Program-made: the position numbers and the translations under genes
Assembly (NCBI GenBank): GCA_013202935.1
Contig: JABMRG010000129.1
Span: 1-36,563 of the forward strand
Direction of reading: 5' to 3'
Length of the DNA stretch: 36,563 bases
DNA from: Candidatus Omnitrophota bacterium
Lineage (GTDB): Bacteria; Omnitrophota; Gorgyraeia; JABMRG01
Notes under the pieces: generated by a model
What the model saw: the letters and a program-made list of their open reading frames with translations, nothing else
What the model was told of the DNA's origin: nothing
Database searches by the model: none
In this document: positions 1-7,486 of the stretch, in pieces
Layout of the letters: every line of letters begins with the position of its first letter
How positions within the stretch are numbered: position 1 is the first letter of the stretch

Positions 1-13
1 GCAAAAACAACTC

Positions 14-71
14 GCCCTTCGGTCTTCGACCGATGGGCTCAGACATAGTTTTTGCTTCGCGCTAAGGCGCG
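14..71. repeat. Two GC-rich stem-loops at the window edge (14-38 and 58-71). The first is nested inside an 8-nt inverted repeat, GCAAAAAC (1-8) / GTTTTTGC (48-55).
   Basis: Hand-paired. GCCCtTCGGTC-TTC-GACCGAtGGGC gives 10 bp with one mismatch. CGCGC-TAAG-GCGCG gives 5 bp. The context is cut off by the window start. Confidence 0.4.
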
Positions 72-164
72 CTCATTGACACTGCCTTGAAAAATGCTAA
101 AAAATGCTATGGCTGCTTTTTATATCACTGACACTGTAAACTAAGAAACTTAGACTAATGAATA

Positions 165-320
165 AAAAAGAAGGGGTAGCAATCATAGCAGGACCTCTTT
201 ATTTTTTGCGGCCATGGTTCGCCCATGTTAACATGTAGGCGAGAGCAAAAAATAAAACGGAGTAAAAATTCCACGGTGGGGAATTTTTACGTTCCTGCGA
301 GATTGCTACCCCCTCTTTTT
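165..320. repeat. Roughly 156-nt palindromic, structured element bounded by about 30-nt imperfect inverted repeats and holding two internal hairpins. Candidate MITE-like element or structured RNA.
   Basis: Left arm 165-194 is AAAAAGAAGGGGTAGCAATCATAGCAGGAC. The reverse complement of 291-320 is AAAAAGAGGGGGTAGCAATCTCGCAGGAAC. Internal hairpins: TTTTTTGC...CATGTTAACATG...GCAAAAAA (about 203-251) and AAAAATTCC-ACGGTG-GGGAATTTTT (about 265-288). Confidence 0.5.
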
Positions 321-331
321 ACACTCATATA

Positions 332-360
332 TTTACAAATTTTACTATATATGGTAAACT
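332..360 (+). promoter_or_regulatory. Possible sigma70-type promoter: TTTACA, 17-nt spacer, TAAACT with an upstream TGn. It would place the transcription start at or next to the ADH ATG.
   Basis: -35 TTTACA at 332-337, 17-nt spacer ending in TGG, -10 TAAACT at 355-360. The ATG is at 368 and there is no Shine-Dalgarno in between. Confidence 0.3.
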
Positions 361-367
361 TATCGAT

Positions 368-1411
368 ATGAAAGATAAGATGCGGGTGGCGATGTATTAT
401 AGCAATAGTGATGTGCGCATTGAAGAGGTGCCAATACCGGAGATTGAGCCAGGTGAGCTTCTTATACGTGTACATGCAAGCGGCATCTGTGGAAGCGATG
501 TGTTGGAGTGGTATCGTATTGACAAGGTGCCCCTGGTGCTTGGGCATGAGATAGCAGGCGAAATAGTAAAGGTTGGAAAAGGGCTTGAGGGCTTTAAAGT
601 AGGCGATAGGATCTCTGCGTCCCACCATGTGCCTTGCGAAGAGTGCCATTATTGTCTATCTGGGCATGAGACTACCTGTGAAACATTGCGCAAGACTAAA
701 TTCTACCCCGGAGGATTCTCTGAATATATCAGGTTGCCGGAGATTAACGTGCAAAAAGGCGTTTATCCCTTACCAGATAGTATCTCTTACGAAGAGGCAA
801 CATTTACCGAGCCATTAGCATGTGTCTTGCGTGGGCAAAGATTGGCAGAAATGCAAAAAGGAAAAACCGTTCTGGTCCTTGGTAGCGGCATCTCAGGCCT
901 TCTTCATGTGAAGTTGGCTCATGCCCTGGGGGCAAAACGAATTATAGCTACAGATATTAATGATTATCGACTCCAAAAAGCCAAAGAGTTTGGAGCTGAT
1001 GGTGCAATTCATGCCAAAGAGGACCTGCCTAATTGCCTGCATCGCATTAACGACGGAAAATTAGCAGACCTGGTAATCCTATGTACCGGTGCCAAAGCAG
1101 CTATATTGCAGGCGCTTAAATCGGTTGAACGCGGAGGAACGATTCTTTTCTTTGCTGCTTCCGATAAAGATGCTGCTATTTCACTAACAGTAAATGATGT
1201 TTTTTGGCGCAACGAAGTAACACTCACAAGCTCTTATGCTGCAACTCCCGGCGAGCATATAGAAGCATTAGGTCTTATTGCTAGTGGGAAAGTTGATGTG
1301 AAAGAGATGATTACGCATAGGTTGCCGCTGGCAGAAGCGCATATAGGTTTTAAGCTTGTAACTGAGACTGCGAATGAGTCTATTAAAGTAATTATTGAAC
1401 CACAAAAATAA
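368..1411 (+). CDS. Zinc-dependent alcohol/polyol dehydrogenase (MDR superfamily; threonine/sorbitol dehydrogenase-like)
   Basis: Catalytic-Zn motifs GICGSD and GHE are present. Structural-Zn cluster CEECHYCLSGHETTC is present. Rossmann motif is VLGSGISG. The ORF is 347 aa. An alternative start is M5 at 380. Confidence 0.9.
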   Translation: MKDKMRVAMYYSNSDVRIEEVPIPEIEPGELLIRVHASGICGSDVLEWYRIDKVPLVLGHEIAGEIVKVGKGLEGFKVGDRISASHHVPCEECHYCLSGHETTCETLRKTKFYPGGFSEYIRLPEINVQKGVYPLPDSISYEEATFTEPLACVLRGQRLAEMQKGKTVLVLGSGISGLLHVKLAHALGAKRIIATDINDYRLQKAKEFGADGAIHAKEDLPNCLHRINDGKLADLVILCTGAKAAILQALKSVERGGTILFFAASDKDAAISLTVNDVFWRNEVTLTSSYAATPGEHIEALGLIASGKVDVKEMITHRLPLAEAHIGFKLVTETANESIKVIIEPQK

Positions 1412-1425
1412 ACAAGGAGGAAGAT

Positions 1426-2217
1426 ATGGACTGGGGAATGAAAAATCGTTTAAGTCAGATAATAAAGCCTGATACAGGACGTACAGTGATGCTTGCTGTA
1501 GACCACGGATATTTTCTAGGCCCGACAAGTGGATTAGAGAATGCCAAGAAGACGGTAGAGCCGCTTCTTCCGTATGCTGATTCCCTTATGCTTACAAGAG
1601 GCCTATTGCGTACATCGGTAGATGAAGGAACTTCTGTGCCAATAGTCTTAAGGGTATCCGGTGGCAATAGTATATTAAATGACGATCTATCCAATGAGGA
1701 GATTACTACCTCTATAAAAGAGGCCATACGCCTCAATGTTGCAGCGGTAGCCCTCTCTATCTATGTCGGCTCCAAATATGAACATCAGACACTTATGGGG
1801 TTATCAAATCTTATCAACGAAGCCCAGGAGTATGGTATACCTGTATTGGCGGTTACAGCTGTTGGCAAGGAGATGGTTCGGGATGTGAGATATCTTAGTT
1901 TGGCATGCCGCATTGCTGCAGAGCTGGGCGCACAAGTAGTAAAGACCTATTATTGTGAAGACTTTGAGAAGGTTGTTAGCGCATCTCCTATACCTGTGGT
2001 TATTGCCGGTGGCAAAAAAATCCCAGAAAACGATGCATTAAAACTCGCCTTTAATGCGGTCAAAAGAGGGGCTGTTGGCGTAGATATGGGAAGAAATATA
2101 TTCCAATCAAAATATCCTGTAGCAATGATCAAGGCAGTACGTGCTATTGTGCATGATGGCATCTCAGCAGATAAGGCAGTCAAGATGTTGCGAGACCTTA
2201 CAAAAAAGAAAAAGTGA
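1426..2217 (+). CDS. Class I aldolase of the DhnA/LsrF family (LsrF-like thiolase/aldolase)
   Basis: The N-terminal block DWGMKNRLSQIIKPDTGRTVMLAVDHGYFLGPTSGLE, and the blocks GAQVVKTYY, PVVIAGG and GVDMGRNIFQ, closely match my recollection of E. coli LsrF and DhnA-type aldolases. A strong SD (AAGGAGGAAG) lies upstream. Confidence 0.85.
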   Translation: MDWGMKNRLSQIIKPDTGRTVMLAVDHGYFLGPTSGLENAKKTVEPLLPYADSLMLTRGLLRTSVDEGTSVPIVLRVSGGNSILNDDLSNEEITTSIKEAIRLNVAAVALSIYVGSKYEHQTLMGLSNLINEAQEYGIPVLAVTAVGKEMVRDVRYLSLACRIAAELGAQVVKTYYCEDFEKVVSASPIPVVIAGGKKIPENDALKLAFNAVKRGAVGVDMGRNIFQSKYPVAMIKAVRAIVHDGISADKAVKMLRDLTKKKK

Positions 2218-2244
2218 TATGGGCGAGTCACTATTAGTATTATA

Positions 2245-2273
2245 TTGACAATAAGAATAAAAAAATGTATATT
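2245..2273 (+). promoter_or_regulatory. Sigma70-like promoter: TTGACA, 17-nt spacer, TATATT
   Basis: Exact -35 consensus at 2245-2250, a 17-nt spacer, and a -10 TATATT at 2268-2273. It sits in the 221-nt gap upstream of hisG. Confidence 0.5.
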
Positions 2274-2296
2274 ATAGAAGCAATTTTGTCAATAAT

Positions 2297-2455
2297 ATGG
2301 ATAAAAACTCTTCCAAAGCCCCAAAAATAAGAAAACGTTGGAGCATCAACCCTAAGACGAGGGTCAAGGATAGCAAGAAGATATATAAGAGACAAAAACG
2401 AAAAAAAGAAATAAAAGAGATAGCAGAAGAGGTTAAAAATGGCAAAAATACTTAA
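2297..2455 (+). CDS. Hypothetical 52-aa highly basic mini-ORF overlapping the hisG start by 17 nt
   Basis: Hand translation: [52 protein letters not shown]. It is not in the supplied track because it is under 60 aa. There is no clear SD, and the A-rich sequence could yield a K-rich ORF by chance. Confidence 0.3.
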   Translation: MDKNSSKAPKIRKRWSINPKTRVKDSKKIYKRQKRKKEIKEIAEEVKNGKNT

Positions 2456-3317
2456 GATAGGCCTTCCAAAGGGAAGCCTGCAAGAGGCGACGTTCAGGAT
2501 ACTGAAAAAGGCAGGTTTTAATGTAAACGTAGGCAGCAGGTCCTATTTTCCTTCTATTGATGACGCAGAACTTGATCCTGTACTTATACGTGCGCAGGAG
2601 ATGTCAAGATATGTTGAGGATGGAGCTTTAGACTGTGGCATCACAGGCGAAGATTGGATAAGGGAGAATAACTCTGATATAAAATACGTAGAGGAATTGG
2701 AGTATGCAAAACAGAGCCTGAAAAAAGTGCGATGGGTTATAGCAGCACCTGAGGGATCAAAGATTCGTTCAACAAAAGACCTTAAGGGTAAACGCATTGC
2801 CACTGAACTCGTAGGTGTTACAAAGGCATTCTTGAGAAAGAATAAAGTAAAGGCCGACGTTGAATTTAGCTGGGGAGCTACAGAGGTAAAGGTAGCGGCA
2901 GGCCTGGTAGATGCTATAGTTGAGATTACCGAGACAGGCTCAAGCCTACGCGCAAATAAGTTACGTATTGTAGATACAGTATGTTACTCGACTACAAAAC
3001 TGATAGCGAACAAAAAGGCATGGAAGGATAAGTGGAAGAGAGCAAAGATGGAAGCATTATCGATGCTGCTTAAGGGTGCTATTCTCGCAGAGTCTAAAGT
3101 GGGGCTTAAGATGAATGTCTCAAAAGCCAATCTAAAGCGTATTCTTTCACTTCTGCCTGCCATGAAAAAGCCTACCATCTCTACCCTTGCAGATAAGGGT
3201 TGGCTTGATATAGATACTATTATCGATGAAGAAGAGGTAAAGAGGCTAATACCTGCATTAAAACGTGCAGGTGCGCAGGGGATTATTGAGTATCCATTGA
3301 ACAAAGCGATTTATTAA
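2439..3317 (+). CDS. hisG: ATP phosphoribosyltransferase, long form
   Basis: The N-terminus [23 protein letters not shown] is typical of HisG. At 292 aa it includes the C-terminal regulatory domain. Confidence 0.92.
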   Translation: MAKILKIGLPKGSLQEATFRILKKAGFNVNVGSRSYFPSIDDAELDPVLIRAQEMSRYVEDGALDCGITGEDWIRENNSDIKYVEELEYAKQSLKKVRWVIAAPEGSKIRSTKDLKGKRIATELVGVTKAFLRKNKVKADVEFSWGATEVKVAAGLVDAIVEITETGSSLRANKLRIVDTVCYSTTKLIANKKAWKDKWKRAKMEALSMLLKGAILAESKVGLKMNVSKANLKRILSLLPAMKKPTISTLADKGWLDIDTIIDEEEVKRLIPALKRAGAQGIIEYPLNKAIY

Positions 3318-3334
3318 AACAAGGAGTAGTATAT

Positions 3335-3430
3335 ATGCCGTGTGGTAAAAAGAAAAAACGCAAAAAGATGGCAAAGCACAAAAGAAACAAGAGGCTGAGA
3401 AAATCAAGGCATAAGAAGAGAAAATCTTAA
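3335..3430 (+). CDS. 31-aa Lys/Arg-rich peptide resembling ribosomal protein bS22 (AURKAIP1/COX24-domain family)
   Basis: Hand translation: MPCGKKKKRKKMAKHKRNKRLRKSRHKKRKS. An AAGGAG SD at 3321-3326 sits 8 nt upstream of the ATG. The core pattern KKxRKxMxKxKxxKxLRxxR matches, from memory, mycobacterial bS22 ([33 protein letters not shown]). Confidence 0.55.
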   Translation: MPCGKKKKRKKMAKHKRNKRLRKSRHKKRKS

Positions 3431-3434
3431 TTTG

Positions 3435-5018
3435 ATGTTGAGAAAGTCGATACTTGCTAAGGGTTCTTTACTGGTTCTATCTTTTGGTTTACATTTTATC
3501 AGTATAAACACATCCGAAGCAGAAACATTATATCAGACAAACAAGGAAAATCCAGAGCATGGTTCTATATTCACATTTTTACGAAAGATATGGAATCCGC
3601 GTGATTTCTTTTTAGGTTACGAGCAAAGTCCAAAATTAGAAAAAGCCAAAAGCATATACACCCATTATCTTATGGGTGTTATTTTTGAGAATCAGGCACA
3701 ATACAGAGAAGCGGCATACGAGTTCCAGAAGGCTCAAAGGTATCTGCCTGATTCAGAGAAGTTGTACCTTAAACGCGCTTCTGTCCACATAAGGCTTAAT
3801 GAGTATGATGAAGCAGAAGAGCATATAAGCCGTGTCCTTGAGCTTAATCCTGACAGCTTGAACGCACATTTTTTATTGGCGATTCTTTATTTAGATAAAA
3901 AAGATATAAATAAAGCAACCGAGCAATATGAGAAGATAATAGAGCAAGAACCCGGCAACATACTCGCACTTTCCTCCCTGGCTGACATACATGTATTTGA
4001 AGATAACCTGAATGAAGCCACAAAGGTATATGAGAAATTATTAGAGGAGAACGAGTTTTCACCATATCTGTATTTTAATCTTGGTCTTTTATATTTAAAG
4101 CTGAATAAAGGTAAAGAGGCAGAAGGCAATTTTAAGAAAGCCCTTGAATTACGCCCTGATTATCTGGAACCGCTGATATCTTTAGGTGTTCTATTTGAGC
4201 TAAAAGAAGATTATAAGGGCGCCTTAAGCTTTTATAAGAAGGCTCTGGAGATAGCCCCTGATAATATATCTTTAAGCCTTAGGCTCGCAAGGCTCTATTA
4301 TAGAAGCAAGGATTATGGGAAGGCTGTTTTAGAATACAAGGGTATCCTGGATAGGAACCCAGAGGCAGACGAAGCATACTTGGGCCTTGCGGAGATCTAT
4401 ATTGACAAGAAGGAGGCTAAAGAGGCGCTCTCTATTTTAAATAAGTCATTAGAACATAATGACAAGAGGCCATATACTTTTTTACTCTTAGGGATTATAC
4501 AGTTAGAAAATAAAGAATATTCAGAGGCTGCTCGTTATTTTAAAAGGTCCGTTGAACTTAATCCGGAATATGAGATAGGCTATTTTTATCTCGGCTCTTC
4601 CCATGAACGTATGGGTAAAAGAAAAGAGGCAAAGGAGTATTTGAAAAGAGCCATAGAACTGAACCCGGAGGATGCTGAAGCACTTAATTATCTTGGGTAT
4701 ATGCATGCCGAAGATAATGAAAATCTGAATGAAGCCATAGACCTTATAGAACGCGCCCTAAAGATAAAACCAAAAAACGGCGCGTTTATAGACAGTTTAG
4801 GCTGGGCTTATTATAAAAAAGGTGAACTGGAAAAAGCAGAAGGCCTTATAAAGGAAGCTGTCAAACTGTATGGAGATGACGCTGTCTTATATGACCACCT
4901 CGGAGATATATACTACGGAAGAGGCAAGAGTAGAGAAGCAAGACAGGCATGGAAAAAATCTTTAGAGCTTGACCCCAAAGACAAAAGCGTAAAGGAGAAA
5001 CTAAGGACAAAAAGATGA
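3435..5018 (+). CDS. Secreted or membrane-anchored tetratricopeptide (TPR) repeat protein
   Basis: The N-terminal hydrophobic segment is LLVLSFGLHFISINTSEA. Many TPR units follow (repeated A..Y.KALEL.P.. patterns). The track ORF begins at TTG 3432, and the ATG at 3435 is preferred. The stop overlaps the next gene's start (ATGA). Confidence 0.85.
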   Translation: MLRKSILAKGSLLVLSFGLHFISINTSEAETLYQTNKENPEHGSIFTFLRKIWNPRDFFLGYEQSPKLEKAKSIYTHYLMGVIFENQAQYREAAYEFQKAQRYLPDSEKLYLKRASVHIRLNEYDEAEEHISRVLELNPDSLNAHFLLAILYLDKKDINKATEQYEKIIEQEPGNILALSSLADIHVFEDNLNEATKVYEKLLEENEFSPYLYFNLGLLYLKLNKGKEAEGNFKKALELRPDYLEPLISLGVLFELKEDYKGALSFYKKALEIAPDNISLSLRLARLYYRSKDYGKAVLEYKGILDRNPEADEAYLGLAEIYIDKKEAKEALSILNKSLEHNDKRPYTFLLLGIIQLENKEYSEAARYFKRSVELNPEYEIGYFYLGSSHERMGKRKEAKEYLKRAIELNPEDAEALNYLGYMHAEDNENLNEAIDLIERALKIKPKNGAFIDSLGWAYYKKGELEKAEGLIKEAVKLYGDDAVLYDHLGDIYYGRGKSREARQAWKKSLELDPKDKSVKEKLRTKR

Positions 5019-5830
5019 AAAGACCAGATTTGAAAAAACTTGAGGAACAAGCAAAAGATTTAAGACGAGATATTCTTAATATGCTAGCAGAGGCAGGCGG
5101 CGGACACACAGGCAGTTCACTCTCCTGTGTCGAGATTATATTTACGCTCTATGCCTATACGTTAAGATATGATGCAAAAAGACCTGACTGGGATAATAGA
5201 GATAGGTTTGTCTTGAGCAAAGGCCATGGATGCCCGGCGCTATATGCGGTATTGGCACATTTCGGATTTTTCCCAAAGGAAAAACTTAAGACATTAAGAA
5301 AATTAGGTTCTCTATTGCAAGGACACCCCCAGCTGGGGTTACCAGGATTAGAGGCATCAACTGGCTCTTTAGGCCAAGGGCTTTCTATAGCAAATGGCAT
5401 GGCACTTTCTGCTAAGCTGGATAAGAAAGATACCAGGGTATATTGCATGCTAGGTGATGGCGAGGTAAACGAAGGCCAGGTATGGGAAGCGGCTATGACA
5501 GCTGCCCATTATAAGCTGGACAATTTGTGTGCAATTATAGATTTTAACAAGTTGCAGATAGATGGTTTCTTGTGCGATGTAAAGGGGCTGGAACCTTTAA
5601 AGGATAAATGGCACTCATTTGGCTTCCATAGCATTGAGATAGATGGCCATGATTTTAATCAGATTATGGATGCCTTGGATGAGGCATCCGGGGTAAAAGA
5701 AAAACCTACCCTTATATTAGCGCATACAACCAAAGGCAAAGGCATATCTTTTATAGAGAACAAAGCAGAATGGCACGGTATAGCTCCCAAGCCCGACGAG
5801 CTAACCAGGGCCTTAAAAGAACTAGAGTAG
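5015..5830 (+). CDS. Transketolase, N-terminal (thiamine-diphosphate-binding) subunit
   Basis: Motifs GGHTGSSLSCVEI, SKGHGCPALYA and GDGEVNEGQVWEA are present. At 271 aa it is typical of the split transketolase A subunit. Confidence 0.92.
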   Translation: MKRPDLKKLEEQAKDLRRDILNMLAEAGGGHTGSSLSCVEIIFTLYAYTLRYDAKRPDWDNRDRFVLSKGHGCPALYAVLAHFGFFPKEKLKTLRKLGSLLQGHPQLGLPGLEASTGSLGQGLSIANGMALSAKLDKKDTRVYCMLGDGEVNEGQVWEAAMTAAHYKLDNLCAIIDFNKLQIDGFLCDVKGLEPLKDKWHSFGFHSIEIDGHDFNQIMDALDEASGVKEKPTLILAHTTKGKGISFIENKAEWHGIAPKPDELTRALKELE

Positions 5831-5853
5831 TAGACATAACACGAGGTGAAAAA

Positions 5854-7485
5854 ATGAGACTACATAAAAGAATCAAGATGTTTTTCGTTGATCATTGGGT
5901 TAAGGTGCTTATTATAACTGCGGTAATAAGTCTAGTAATAGCTGCCGTTTATGGGTTAGCAAGCCTTGAGTCTTTTTACAGGCATATGACGCTTGCGCAG
6001 ATGCCCATTACACTCCTTTTAGGGGCAGTGCATGCGCTAATGTTTGTCTATCTCTACATGACAGTATTTAGAGGTGGATTTGCAAAGATGGGGAAGAACC
6101 TTGTCAAAAGTGAGAAGGTAGCTGTTACTTTTAACGATGTAATAGGTATAGACGAGGCAAAAGAGGAGGCATGGGAGGTCGTAGAGCTTATAAAAGACAG
6201 GCGCCGGCTGCAGCAGATAGGCGGCAAGATCGTAAGGGGTATTCTTATGACGGGGCCCCCTGGCTGCGGAAAGACCTATCTTGCAAAGGCCATGGCAACA
6301 GAATCAGGCATACCGTTTATATCGATGTCTGCGAGTGAATTTGCAGAGATATTTGTTGGTGTAGGCGCAAGCAGGATGAGAAAATTATTTAAACAGGCAA
6401 GACGCTTAGCAGAAGCACACGGCGGGTGTATAGTATTTATTGACGAACTCGATGCTATCGGAACAGGCCGCTCTTATAGCTATCTTGGTGGAGGCCAGGA
6501 GAAGAATACTACCCAGAACCAGCTCCTTGTTGAGATGGATGGCTTAAAAGACAAGCAAGAAAACGTGATAATTATCGCAGCAACCAACGCCCCTGAAGAT
6601 GCACTCGATACAGCTCTTCAGCGCCCAGGCAGGTTTGACAGAAAGGTATATATAGATAAGCCAAACCTTGAAGGCAGGGAGAAGCTGTTTAAATATTATT
6701 TAAGCAAGGTAAGGCATGATAAGGAGCTAGATGTTGCGAGATTGGCAAGACAGGCAGTATACAAAACCCCTGCTGATATAATGAACATTGTAAAGGAATC
6801 AGCTCTGATAGCTACAAGAAACAAGCGGGATATTGTGACATATAAAGATATGTCGGAGGCTATGGATAGAATAGATTGGGGCGTTAAGCACAAAAAATAT
6901 ATGACACCGAAAGAAAAAGAGGCAACTGCTTATCATGAGGCAGGCCATGCTATAACACTATACCTACTGCATCCTACAGATGATGTATTTAAGATATCAC
7001 TCATATCTCGCAAGGGATACCTTGGCGTAGTTATGCATCAGCCAAGAGAAGAGCTACATTGCCATAATAAAGAAAAATATATAGCGGATATAAAGGTAAG
7101 TCTATCTGGATACGCTGCAGAAAAAATAAAGTATGGTACTACTACTGATGGCGTGAGTCAAGATTTCAGAAATTCATTGAATAAAGCCCATAATATGGTT
7201 TGGACTTTTGGTATGGGAGAAAGTGGTATGGTTGGTGATTATTCTTTATATGGAGCAAGCCCTACGACACCTCCGGTATTTCAATTATCAGATAGCGTAA
7301 AAGAAAAACTAAATAATGAGACACAAATCATAATGCAGGAGTGTCTTAAGGATGCAGATGAGCTACTTAAAAAAGAATGGAATATTGTAGAAAGAATTGT
7401 AAAAGAGCTTCTTGAAAAAGAAGAACTCGAGTTTGATGATATAGAAGCTATATTTAAAGAGTTTGGAAAAAGCAAAGCTAAATAG
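5854..7485 (+). CDS. FtsH-family AAA+ zinc metalloprotease paralogue with a very short inter-TM loop (no periplasmic domain)
   Basis: Walker A GPPGCGKT, Walker B IVFIDELDA, pore loop FVGVGASRMR, second region of homology (SRH) TNAPEDALDTALQRPGRFDRKV and Zn site HEAGHA are all present. Two TM helices are separated by about 16 aa. The start is set at ATG 5854, which has a GAGGTG SD; the track's 5770 start would overlap the upstream gene by 61 nt. Confidence 0.9.
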   Translation: MRLHKRIKMFFVDHWVKVLIITAVISLVIAAVYGLASLESFYRHMTLAQMPITLLLGAVHALMFVYLYMTVFRGGFAKMGKNLVKSEKVAVTFNDVIGIDEAKEEAWEVVELIKDRRRLQQIGGKIVRGILMTGPPGCGKTYLAKAMATESGIPFISMSASEFAEIFVGVGASRMRKLFKQARRLAEAHGGCIVFIDELDAIGTGRSYSYLGGGQEKNTTQNQLLVEMDGLKDKQENVIIIAATNAPEDALDTALQRPGRFDRKVYIDKPNLEGREKLFKYYLSKVRHDKELDVARLARQAVYKTPADIMNIVKESALIATRNKRDIVTYKDMSEAMDRIDWGVKHKKYMTPKEKEATAYHEAGHAITLYLLHPTDDVFKISLISRKGYLGVVMHQPREELHCHNKEKYIADIKVSLSGYAAEKIKYGTTTDGVSQDFRNSLNKAHNMVWTFGMGESGMVGDYSLYGASPTTPPVFQLSDSVKEKLNNETQIIMQECLKDADELLKKEWNIVERIVKELLEKEELEFDDIEAIFKEFGKSKAK

Positions 7486-7486
7486 A

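Noticed and set aside
287-649. 120-aa ORF on the - strand spanning the ADH start and part of the palindromic element
   Set aside because: It is antisense to a well-supported Zn-ADH gene. It has no SD and no recognisable motifs, and its composition is typical of a shadow frame.
2297-2455. Classical histidine-operon attenuator leader peptide upstream of hisG
   Set aside because: The mini-ORF contains no His codons. I also could not find a terminator/antiterminator pair or a T-box sequence in the hisG leader.
5770-5853. Upstream extension of the FtsH-like ORF (track start at 5770)
   Set aside because: It would overlap the transketolase N-subunit gene by 61 nt, and the extra residues are non-homologous. 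ATG 5854 has a GAGGTG SD and begins just before TM1.
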